64,000 nt of DNA from Scyliorhinus canicula (taxonomy: Eukaryota), in assembly GCF_902713615.1 (NCBI RefSeq), contig NC_052146.1, forward strand, positions 309,954,335-310,018,334. Direction: 5' to 3'. How positions within the stretch are numbered: position 1 is the first letter of the stretch; the number at the start of each line of letters is the position of its first letter. Position numbers and translations under genes: made by a program. Positions 12,060-22,900 of the stretch are shown one piece after another. The notes under the pieces were generated by a model. The model had not been told where the DNA came from, searched no databases, and was given only the letters and a program-made list of their open reading frames with translations.

Positions 12060-12320
12060 TCATAGAATCCCTTCAGTGCAGAAGGAGGCCATTCAGCCCA
12101 TTGGACTCTGCAGCCAGGCTCACTCCCCCGTCCTATCCCCGTCCTATCCCGGTAACCCCCCACATGGCCAAGACACCTAACCTGCACATCTCTGGGTTGT
12201 GGGAGGATCCCGGAGCTCCCTGAGGAAACCCACACAGACATAGGCAGAGTCACCTGAGGCCGGAATTGAACCAGGGTCCCTGGCAGAGTGAGGCAGCAGT
12301 GCTAACCACTGTGCCACCCA
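12060..12320 (-). mobile_element. tRNA-derived SINE (HE1-like)
   Basis: The reverse complement has a tRNA-like head (GGTGGCACAGTGGTTAGCAC...GGTTCAATTCC) and a LINE-like tail. Confidence 0.75.
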
Positions 12321-13187
12321 ACACCTTCCTGAGAGATCCACTGGCTAACTCACTCCCTGAGCTGCATTTCTGTCAATTTGCCTCTCCTGGGATCCCCACT
12401 GGCTCCGTGCCCTTTACCAATATTAAAACTGTCAGTTGGAGGGACAGGGTTTGGCTCCCTCAGATTTATTTCCAGTCTCTCTCAGTTACCCCCACTCCCA
12501 TGCCCACCGTGTTGCAGTGGCAGCTGGTAAAGATCCCAGTCCCTGAGGAATGGAGGGATAGAGACGCCATTCTCCCAATCTGATCCCCCCCCCACACTAA
12601 CCTGTGGAGAGGCCTCAGTTTCCACAAACCCAATAGGCTGTGGTTCTGTTGATCCGTGGGGTGGTCCTGTCCCTTTAAATGTCTGACTGTCTGTTCGAAT
12701 GTTGCTGACACTTCCCATTCTAATTCCCAAACCTGCTTCCTATTGTGAGAAACACTCTCCCACTATTGGTTCAGTAAAGATAGCTCCAATCTCCATGGAC
12801 TGCAGCAGTTCAAGAAGGCAGCTCACCACCGCCTCCTTCAGGGCAATTAGGGATGGGTAATAAAAGCTGGCCTAGCCAGCGACACCCACATCCCAGGAAT
12901 TCATTTAGACACTAACTGGGAGAGGTCAGTGTGTTTGAGAGAGCTGTTCCACAGTGTGAGAACAATATTGCATTTCACAATTATATCAACACATCTGTAC
13001 TGCTGAGATCAGCACAGAGTAACCCCCAGGATAGAAATCATTAACAAACTAACACAACTAGATCCGTCTCAGAAGCTGTTTCCTCCTCCTTAACACAGAA
13101 CTTCTACTGCCTGGACTGTCCCTTTAAATACTCACAGCAAACTTTCAGCTCAGAATTTAACTCACTGATTTTGTTTTTCTCTGAAAG

Positions 13188-13532
13188 ATGCGACTGATCC
13201 AGTCCTTATCCAGTCTCCAAGTGTGGAACGTGTGACAGAGGGTCAGACTGCACGGTTACAGTGCACCATGCAGAACGGCGCAGTGAGAGACAGAAATGTT
13301 TATTGGTACCGGGAGCGGCCAGGGAAACAGAGGGAGAGGATTTTAGGACTTGATAAAGGTAATGTTGTATTCCGGTATTCAGTATACTCTGAGCGTTTCC
13401 AGCCTTCCAGACACATCGACTCCAACAGCTTCATCCTGACAATCAGCAACGTGCAGCCCAGTGACACTGCCGTCTATTACTGCTCAGTGTGGGAAGAGAT
13501 CTATGGGAATGGAAGCCGGCTGAATGTAACCA
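13188..13532 (+). CDS. V1 exon: germline-joined VJ-type Ig domain (345 nt, phase 1/1)
   Basis: Acceptor ttttgtttttctctgaaag| and donor A|gtaagt. It encodes ATDPVLIQSP...LQC...YWY...FILTISNVQPSDTAVYYCSVWEEIYGNGSRLNVT, with canonical Cys/Trp/Cys and a J-like GxGxxLxV. Confidence 0.9.
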
Positions 13533-14729
13533 GTAAGTAGAGTTTTCATTCCAATTACCCACAGCAATAACCTCTTCCAGATGAGTGAATTGGAGATGAG
13601 TTTGTGATGATGAAGAGCTAGGAGGTGATGTAAAGTGATCTTACTGATGGGTTCACTGTGGGGAAGAAGCTGAGCTCAGCTTCAGCAATTCCCCAAAGTT
13701 CCACATCTCTGGCTTTATCCTGAGGGGGTGTCTGGGGAGGTTAGTGCCGTCTGGCTGTTTACTGAGCTGCACAGAAACTTTGTCTTAGCCGAGTCTGAAT
13801 GTTGGACAGACATTTGGAGAGAGTGGGAAGAACATTGGGATCAATGGAGGAGGTGGAGAGACTGATCTGAGTGATGGTGAAGATGGGAATGTTGACCAGG
13901 TTTCTGAGGGTGAAATGAGGATGAGGAGGGAGCCAGGGATGGTGCCCTGGGGACACAGCAGAGACGATCATTCAGTCCCTGTGTTTTAATTAAAGTTTGT
14001 TTCAACATAAATGATACCTATTGGTCAGAGTCATCACTCCTGGGGTGAAATATCCTTTCCTCACAGTTTGATGAATTGTAAATTGTTTGGGTTTCCTGTC
14101 CGGGATCCTAACAAAAGTTGGGGTCTGGTCCGGGATCCTCCCAACTCCCTACCATCATTCCTGACTGGATGTGAAAAGACAGCTGGGCTTAGATCTGACC
14201 GTCTGCCCACTCCTCCCCACACAATCCATGCTCATTTCACACACACATTCTCAGCAACCGAGCCATTTCTTTGTCTCCACAATCAAACCATCCATTCGAC
14301 TGACTCTTGCTGCTGGCAATTGGGAGCCACCTCCTGCCCACTGCCAGCTCCTGATCCTGCAATCAGTCTTCACTCTCACCCACAACACTGGCACTCCACT
14401 GATCAACATCATAACTGATATCTGTGTGAATGTGATGGCCACTGTCTATCCCTCCTCAGAATCTTTCACCTCTCCACTCTGTTTAACACCACTGAGCACA
14501 GGTTCCTGTTTAAAAGTCTCTGATCCACATTCCAGCCCCTGGCACTGCTCTGTCACGGACTCACTCCTGGTCAATGGTTAATTTTCCTGGATGCTCAAGT
14601 CTCCAAACGATCTATATCCTGCCATATCCTCTGTCAGTCCTCATCGCTATCCACAATTCCACCAACCTTTGTGTCATCTGCAAACTTACTAATCAGACCA
14701 CTGACACTGTCCTCCCAACAGCAAAGGTT

Positions 14730-15010
14730 CCTCAGCGGGTACCCCTCAACCCCCAAGGGCCAACCCTTCACCCTGGGGTGTCCCTCGAAGATGTCGGGGA
14801 TCTCTGACTGTCACAGGATGCAGCTGTCGTGCACACCCCCGGGGAAGTGTGCACACACGAGCACGATCTCCATGTGGTGGTCACACACAAGTTGGAGGTT
14901 CAGGGAGTGGAATCCCTTTCTGTTGGTGAATGGAACTCCGTGATGCCCCGGTGAGAGCAAGTGGACATGTGTGTGATCTATTACCCCCTGGATCCGGGAC
15001 ATCCCAGCGA

Positions 15011-15041
<31 letters not shown>

Positions 15042-15060
15042 GTACAGCTGAGGCAGCCGT
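14730..15060 (-). pseudogene. PIF/Harbinger transposase fragment
   Basis: IQGVIDHTHV...FTNRKGFHSLNLQLVCDH...HFPGGVHDSCIL, followed after a stop by GWPLG..GYPL. These match HARBI1-like DDE motifs. Confidence 0.8.
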
Positions 15061-15443
15061 GGGGCCGTGGCCTTGGCTCTGGCAGCTCTCCCGGATTAAC
15101 CATTATTTTCCTCAGTGTTGGGAACTGAATCCTGATTGGAGAACAGGATACACTCGGTTTGGGGGTGAGGTTAGGAAGGGGGGTGGCGTGAGGGGTGAGG
15201 TGGGGGGGCTGAGGTGGGGGAGTGAGGTGTGTGTGAGGGGTGAGGGGCTGACTGTACACGGCAGCAGAATGGTTGTGAGGATTCAGTGTCAGGGAAAGGT
15301 GATCATTCCGAGGGAAGCAGTGAGCAGGATGGGGAGGGGATTAAGGATTTTCCGGCAACATCCCTGCAGCACCGGAGCACAGAGCAGAGAAGCAGAGGAG
15401 CTGGAATGTCAGAGGAGGGATTGGGAGATGTGGGGCTCCATGA

Positions 15444-15642
15444 GTGGGGACAGGGTGTGGGGAGAACCTGAGACTGGGAGGTGTAATCAGGAGCTGCCGT
15501 CCATCCAGACTCACATCACTCTGCTCACTGACGCTGCTATTCCTCTTCACATTCCCAGCGGCATTCCTGTTGTTACCTCAGTTCCTATTTCTATTATTTG
15601 GTCTCTATCTTTTTTGGTCCATGACCTTTAATTGATGCAGAG
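15444..15642 (+). other. Candidate signal-peptide-like exon with an in-frame TGA (15633-15635) just before a phase-1 donor
   Basis: Hydrophobic frame LLPQFLFLLFGLYLFWSMTFN*CR, then GAG|gtaagg at 15643. The phase matches the V-exon acceptors. Confidence 0.3.
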
Positions 15643-15963
15643 GTAAGGAACACAAGGGTGGGGGTGCTGGACATTACATAATAGTTAACCAGTTGTATTT
15701 GTTGCTTATTTAATCATAGTTATTTTTAATAAGAAGTTAATTGTGGTTACATTTACAAACCTGATGACTGTAATTATTGGGTAGCTGAAGATCTCGGGAA
15801 TTGGAAAATAAAAGTTAACATCAACCGTGTTGTGACACTGGGTCAAGTGGGGCTGGAATTGACCACACACTGACCCAGGGTGTTGTAACAATATGTTTCA
15901 ACTGATTGACATTGACCTCAGATATTTTGAAACATGAGCTGATGTGTCTCATTTACACTTTCT

Positions 15964-16190
15964 CAGGGCAGCACAGTGGCGCAGTGGGTTAGCCCTGCAG
16001 CCTCACGGTGCCGAGGTCCCAGGTTCGATCCCGGCTCTGGGTCACTGTCTGTGTGGACTTTGCACATTCTCCCTGTGTTTGCGTGGGTTTCGCCCCCACA
16101 ACCCAAAGGTGCAGTGTAGGTGGATTGGCTACGCTAAATTGCCCCTTAAATTGGAAAAAATGAATTGGGTACTCTAAATTTATTTAAGAA
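15964..16190 (+). mobile_element. tRNA-derived SINE
   Basis: GGGCAGCACAGTGGCGCAGTGG...GGTTCGATCCC (A/B-box-like), followed by the body shared with the other SINE copies. Confidence 0.85.
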
Positions 16191-16932
16191 AAAAATAAAA
16201 ATTTACACTTGCTCAAAGTAAGACAATCAGAGACCGGCTGTCTGCAAACAAAAGGAATATGTTCAAGCCGTGCTCCTTTATTTGATAGAAACAGGAGCTT
16301 TGGGAGCCTTGAATTCGTGGTATTCTCCATGGCAACGTTTCAGCCAATCAGAGTTGACTTTCTTTTTTATTAATTTTTATTGTCACAAATAGGCTTACAT
16401 TAACACTGCAATAAAGTTACTGTAAAATGCTCCAAGTCGCCACATTCCGTCGGCAGTTCGGGTACACAGAGGGAGAGTTCAGAATGTCCAAATTACCAAA
16501 CAACACGGGCAGGATTCCCCGACCCCCCCCCCCCCCCCACCCCACCCCAACCCCGCCGAGTCAGAGAATCGGCAGGGGGGACGGCGTGAATCCCACCCCC
16601 GCCGGCTGCCAAATTCTCCGGCACTGGAAATTTGCCGGGGGCGAGAATCGGCTCTCCCGACAATTCCCCGGCCCGTGATGGGCCGAGTGGCCACCCCTTT
16701 GTTGCTGGTCCCGCCGGCATAAATTATAATAGCTCCTTACCAGTGGGACCTGGTGGCGCAGGCGGCCTCCGGTGTCCACGGGGTGGGGGGGGGGGGGGTA
16801 ACCCCCCATGCGCATGCGCTGGAATGATGCCAGCACAAGCTGGCGTTCCGCGCATGCGCCAACTCGGGCCGGCTGGCGTGGCGCCAATCAACTTCCCCGC
16901 CGGTCGGCACAGCCGGCCTAGCCCCTGAAGGT

Positions 16933-17894
16933 TGTAGCCACCTAAAATGGACGTTGAGCTGCAAAGTAAGCCAAGCGCTAAGACTGCAGGGAAAAAGGCA
17001 GTTTAGCCAAAACAGCAGTCTGCAAAGAGAGCATTTTGCATTCTGCAAGTAGCAGAAACCAGTTTGGTCTCAGGTGAGAAGACCTTAGTTCGGTGCAAAT
17101 GGCAAAACGCTTTGCATACTAATGAGGCAATCAGACCTGAACACCCACACAATAGAAACATTTGACTCTGAATGGACACATTTGAACCAAGGCCCAGACA
17201 TCGAGGCACCAGAAACCTCCAAACAAAAGGGCATAAGAAACGCCCCCCCCATCACGGAGACCCCCTCGCATTGGGGAATTCAAACAGTATCGATGAGGAA
17301 TTGACCCAATAGATAACCAAAGGTTAAAGCCCGCCCCAAAAAGGCATGGAGATTGGGATCCCTATAAAAGACAGGGACCTCGTGTTGTCCGGTCTGTTTT
17401 GTGCTCCGGCTACCTGTGATCCTGAACTTGACTCCTGACTCCAGCCGTTGAGCACCAGCCGCTGAACCGTGAGTAATACACGACGCTCGCTACGCGAACC
17501 AGCTACCGATAGACCCTGACAACCAGCATACCCTCTGAAGGTGCAGCCCCAAGATCAGAAGGAAGGCCTTGCTCCCTGACCTTGCCGGTTCCCACTTAGT
17601 TAAGTATACTGATCATTTAGTTTAGTCATAGCTTAGTCTCGTAGTGTGTGCATGGGTATTTATTATTTGTCATAATAAATACAATTCGTTTAGAACTCAC
17701 TAATCGGTGTATCGTCTTTATTACTTTGAACCTGACCTTGAAATACTTGTGACGGTGTCTAGATACGGCACCTGGCGACTCCGAGCTAGAAGAATACACA
17801 TACAGAGCCTAGTAGTGTTAAGCACACGACCTTACGGAGGCGTGTTAATACACTCCAATAAACGCGTTTTACACCCAAAGTAAAACGTGCAACA
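16933..17894 (+). repeat. 5' LTR (962 bp)
   Basis: TGTAGCC...GCAACA, with TATAAAA at 17363, a GTGAGT donor at 17469, and AATAAA motifs in the 3' part. By eye it differs from the 3' LTR by about 10 substitutions plus a 2-bp poly-C indel. Confidence 0.95.
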
Positions 17895-17899
17895 TTTAG

Positions 17900-17919
17900 T
17901 GGCGACATCCTGCCGGGAC
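17900..17919 (+). promoter_or_regulatory. Putative primer-binding site TGGCGACATCCTGCCGGGAC
   Basis: It starts with TGG, 5 nt after the LTR end. I could not assign the tRNA. Confidence 0.5.
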
Positions 17920-18213
17920 ACGGTTGTAAGTGGTAACCCCACTCCGTCCAGGACCCTGAAATTTGAATTGGAACTCCAAAATACAGAGAAAGTAAAAAAA
18001 TCACAAGTCTTCAAGGTGTTCAAACTAATAAGCGTAATTCGGAAGTGTGTTTAGTGCATGCGTACTAACAGGGCTGTAAGGTAAAACTGAAAGCTTTTTG
18101 TTGCGACAAACTTTCGGTAGTTTTGTGAACGGAACATAGCATAAGCCGTACCCGTTTCGTGAGACACAACCCCAGCACCCCCTGTTCCAAATTTAAAAAA
18201 AGAGTCAGAGAAA

Positions 18214-19968
18214 ATGGCCATGCAGGCAATGGAACGTCTGATGGATCCAGAAAGGTTTGTGGTCGCAGCGACCAGTGGTAGCAGAGTAGGTCAGTGTCCC
18301 GTGTGGGAGCTGGAACTCCGCAAATACCTACAAGGAAAGGGATGGCCCCTTTGGAAAGAGTTTTGTCTGAATGAGGAGCCAGGTCCCGGAAGTATTGGCC
18401 ATACTTGGTGGGAGAACCTCTCTCAAATTCACAAAAAGAATATAGGAAAAGTGCGTAAGCTGATGCCGATTGTGTCCTGTCTGGCACAGTTGCGAGGCAC
18501 AGAGGAGGTCGTTAGGACGCTCCGAGCAGAGTTGGAGGACAGAGACCGAATGGGTAAGGTGGATGTCAGGGACATCGAAAAGGAAAACATGGAGCTTAGA
18601 GGGAAGTTGGCAGAGAAGGGTAGAGAGGTGGAGGATGCCAAGAGGGCACACCAGTCTTGTCTAGCCCATCTCAGCAGTTCCCAAACTCAATATGAGAAAG
18701 CCTATCAGGACGTGCAGCGTGCCGTTCTGGTAAGAGAACAAGCAGAGAAGCAGGTAGAGGCGTTGCAGAAGCAATGCTCTGACCTGAAGGCAGCTTTAAG
18801 AGCACTCCACGCTACTAACACAGAACAGAGACAAAGCACAGTAGACCACGCGAAATGCAGAAAACAGATTGCGGAACTGCAATCTCTGCTTTCGGTGCAA
18901 AACGGGTTCCAGAGCACCTTTGGAACGCAGTTAGATGAAGAAAATGCCCCAGATTGTCAAGAGTTGAGCGAAACTGCGCAGCGTTATGTTCAGAGAACAT
19001 GTGCGCCAGCAGCGCAGCAGAAAAGACAAGCACCCCAACCCCCCACACACCCTCCAGATCAGATAGTCACCGCACCCATGAATCCCGTAACCACACAAAG
19101 GAAAGCAACCACCGAAGGCGCACCCGATATAACCTACACCACCCCCTTAACGGTAACCCAGCTCAGGGACGCATGTGAAAAGATCACTCCGTTCCTCCCC
19201 ACCGCAGACCCCCACCAGTTCTTTGCTAAAGTAAAACAACAGGCGACCATGTACGGCCTGGATGAGAGAGAGCAGGTTAAGCTCACCGTGCTGAGCTTAG
19301 ACCAGTCAGTAGTAGCAGCCCTCCCCGACCCACAGAACGTTGGCGGAGGCACCCTTGAGGAAATGCACACCTCCATTTTAGACGCTATAGGGTACAATCG
19401 AGGTGACCCTGTAGAAGGACTGAACAAGTGCCGGCAAAAGAAAACCGAGCACCCCACAGCATTCGCAGGAAGGCTGTGGATTCATTTTAACGCAGTTTTT
19501 GGCGAGTTAAACAGAGCCCATTTAAGCCGCGAAAACATGGTTAAATGGACGCGCACCCTGATTTCACACGCGACAGAGGCAGGACAGAGCGCTTGCCACA
19601 GTTACGACCCCTCAGAAGAGGCCCACAATGAGAAATGGGTCCTGAAAAGGTTGTCCCGCGCTTGGGAGCAATCACTTCAGGGCAAAAGTAAGGTTAAATC
19701 CCCAGAGGAAGCTCAGGCTGCAGCAGATATTCAGGCAGTGAGAGCGCACCAAAACCCCGCGTGGGTAAATGAAGGGAAGAGCAGCCCTCCACAGAAGTCG
19801 CAGGAATGCTATAACTGTGGACAGTTAGGGCATTGGGCCAAAGAGTGTAATGCACCCCAGAGATCTCAGAGAGGCCAGCAGACAGGCACTCTGAACCGCA
19901 ACAAAGCAAAACCCATCCACAATATAGCAATACAGTCAGGACCCACCAATGTGGACGAGACGAACTGA
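18214..19968 (+). CDS. gag: Gag (584 aa)
   Basis: First long ORF after the leader. It has a coiled-coil region, a capsid-like segment (QKKTEHPTAFAGRL) and one CCHC knuckle, CYNCGQLGHWAKEC. Confidence 0.88.
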   Translation: MAMQAMERLMDPERFVVAATSGSRVGQCPVWELELRKYLQGKGWPLWKEFCLNEEPGPGSIGHTWWENLSQIHKKNIGKVRKLMPIVSCLAQLRGTEEVVRTLRAELEDRDRMGKVDVRDIEKENMELRGKLAEKGREVEDAKRAHQSCLAHLSSSQTQYEKAYQDVQRAVLVREQAEKQVEALQKQCSDLKAALRALHATNTEQRQSTVDHAKCRKQIAELQSLLSVQNGFQSTFGTQLDEENAPDCQELSETAQRYVQRTCAPAAQQKRQAPQPPTHPPDQIVTAPMNPVTTQRKATTEGAPDITYTTPLTVTQLRDACEKITPFLPTADPHQFFAKVKQQATMYGLDEREQVKLTVLSLDQSVVAALPDPQNVGGGTLEEMHTSILDAIGYNRGDPVEGLNKCRQKKTEHPTAFAGRLWIHFNAVFGELNRAHLSRENMVKWTRTLISHATEAGQSACHSYDPSEEAHNEKWVLKRLSRAWEQSLQGKSKVKSPEEAQAAADIQAVRAHQNPAWVNEGKSSPPQKSQECYNCGQLGHWAKECNAPQRSQRGQQTGTLNRNKAKPIHNIAIQSGPTNVDETN

Positions 19969-22900
19969 CGGTGTTCGGGCTCCCCCACTTGGGTCTGTGA
20001 CACACTATGGGATCCGTCAGGGAGACCCGTAGTCACGGCAAAAGTAAAAGGGAAGCCCATAGAGTTACTTTGGGACACAGGAGGGTCCCGCACCACAATA
20101 AACTCCACGACCACGGCACAGGCAGACACGTGGCCGACCACATCCACCATCACACTTAGCGGGTTCACAGGACACTCGCAGCAGGGACATATCACAGCAC
20201 CCGTAGCGATCCAGCTAGGGAACATTTCCACCAAACACCCCGTTGTTTTAGTAAATCTTCCCCGGACAGCAGAACACATCCTGGGGATAGATTTTATGAA
20301 TGCTCATAGCCTGTCGTTCGACCCAGTGAACCAGTGTGTCTGGCGAATGGCTCGATCGGACAGAGCACCAGCTACTCTCAAAGTAGGAGAGTACGCTAAC
20401 AGGATTAGTGCAGTAGGAGAGTACTCCTTTGACCTGACTACACTCCACACCGACAGACAAATAAAGGCACTTCTAAACAAACACAGGACAGCATTTGCCA
20501 GTCACCGTCATGACTGTGGCAGAATGACTGGACCAATCCACGTTACCGGACCGGACCCCCGACCACAGAAACAGTATAGATTTCCCCTGGAAGCAGAGGC
20601 GGAAATAGAGAAAGTTATAGGAAGCTTATTGGAGCAAGGTGTGCTCAGAACGGTAGCCTCGACCAATAATGCCCCTATTTGGCCAGTGAGGAAGCCCGAT
20701 GGATCATGGCGTCTGACCATCGATTATCGGGAACTCAACAAAGTCACCCCCGCAGTAGCCCCAACGATAGCTACTAGTCCCGAGACCATGCTCAAGCAGG
20801 GACTCAACTCCAAATATTTCACGGTATTGGACATTAGTAATGGCTTCTGGTCAATACCATTGGCAAAAGCGTGCCAGTACAAATTTGCCTTCACTTTCAA
20901 ATCGCAGCAGTATACGTGGACATGCCTTCCACAAGGATTCCACAACTCCCCCTCCATTTTCCACCGACAGTTGGTAAGTGGTTTAGAAAAATTTTCCCGC
21001 CCCGAATGTCTGGTACAGTATGTAGACGACCTACTACTGCAGACAGACACAAAGGCAGAGCACATTTCGCTTCTGGCCGAACTCCTGGAACTCTTGACTG
21101 AAATTGGATGTAAAGTTAACCCGAGAAAGGCCCAGATTTTGGCAGATAAAGTGATGTATTTGGGTACAGTCATCACGCACGGCAAACGCGAGATCGAATT
21201 CAAAAGAATTGATTCGATCGTCAAATTGCCCCTTCCCCAAAATGTTTCGGCCCTCCGGTCGTTTTTAGGACTGGTTGGCTATTGTCGGAACCACATCGAC
21301 GGATTCGCGACAAAAGCCGCCCCACTCTCAGACCTCCTTAAGAAAGGAGCCCCCTGGGAATGGCTTCCGCAGCACACAGAGGCTGTTGAGGAGTTAAAAA
21401 GAGCCCTTAGCGCAGCACCCGCGCTGCTAGTCCCAGACCCACTTTCCCCCTATGCAATAGAGGTAGCGAGCACCGATCTGACCCTCTCGGCCGTGTTGCT
21501 TCAGGAACGGCACGAGCAGCTAAGACCAGTGGCTTATGCCTCACGACTGTTAGACCCGGTTGAACAAGGATTCTCAGCCTGTGAGAGGCACCTCCTTGCT
21601 GTCTTCTGGGCAGTACAATATTTCTCTTACATTACCGGACTCAACCCCATTACTATTCTGACCGAACACACACCCACACAGTTACTCCTAGATGGTCGAC
21701 TGAAGGACGGTTCAGTTAGCCAGATTAGGGCAGCTAGGTGGACCCTACTCTTACAAGGACGGGACATTACAGTTAAACGGACCCGCACACACACATATTT
21801 AGCAGACAATCTTCAATACCCCGGACAGCCCCATGAATGTGAAATTGTAGCTCCCCTACATAACACAGGACCCTTTATAGCAAAGACACCCCCCAGGAAG
21901 ATAGGGAATCCAGCACAAGGCACCCCACACGCAGACACGTGTGGACCCCTGAGGATTTACGTGGACGGTTCATCCACAGTTTTAAATGGTGAGCGTATCA
22001 CAGGATGCGGCATCTATGTCGAGGACGCGCAGGGTCGCGCACTCGAAGAAATAGCACTCAAATTGCCAGGTCACTTAGGCGCGCAGGCAGCAGAGCTCGC
22101 GGCCATAGCTTATATAGTGGACCACCCCGATTCTTTCCCCAGCCCAGCAGACATATATTCAGACAGTTTATATGTCTGTAATAGTTTCACAGATTTTCTG
22201 CCCCTGTGGAGGACACGAGGTTTTGTCTCCGCAGACGGGAAACCCCTTCCATCAGCCCCTTTACTCCAGCACATCTTAGAAAAAGCGAAGGACAGGACCT
22301 TCGGCATAATAAAGGTAAGAAGTCACCATAGGTCATCCCCCCCTGGGAATGTAAAGGCCGACGCATTGGCTAAGGCAGGTTCCAGGCGAGGACACTTATG
22401 GACCCCCCCAGCTAGTGCACCAGCTAGCGCCCCTGTGAGCGCAGTCCAAGTCTCACAGACTGACATTAAAGATCTTGTAGAGGCACAGAAGCAGGATGAG
22501 GATCTCAGGGAGATTTTCAAAGGAAACTTTGTGCCACAATACGATAGATTCAAACACGCACTGACCACACATGAGGGTGTGATCATTAAGGACCAGCTTT
22601 ATGTGGTCCCGAAGCAGGACAGGAATCAGATGATTGCCTTGTTCCATGACGGACACGGGCATCAAGGAATTGACGCAACTACTAGGCACCTCAGGCAGCT
22701 CTGTTGGTGGCCTAATCTAAGGACCGATGTGACACATTATATCGAGAATTGCCTTATTTGCGCTCAGAATAACCCGGAGAGGTATTCTAAAAAAGCCCAA
22801 CTTCGGCATACTCGACCAGTTAACGGCCCCTGGACGAACCTCCAGATCGACTTTATAGGACCATTGCCCCCTTGTAGGAATGGCTATAAATACGTTCTGG

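Noticed and set aside
12421-12530. Possible leader exon ending CAGCTG|gtaaag
   Set aside because: The ATG frame is phase 0 and not hydrophobic. The phase-1 frame has no ATG before an upstream TAA.
12950-12990. CACAGTG heptamer upstream of V1
   Set aside because: There is no nonamer at 12- or 23-bp spacing, and the position is wrong for a V RSS.
14011-14581. Overlapping 120-136 aa ORFs after V1 as possible stalk/TM exons
   Set aside because: There is no TM-length hydrophobic segment with compatible splice sites.
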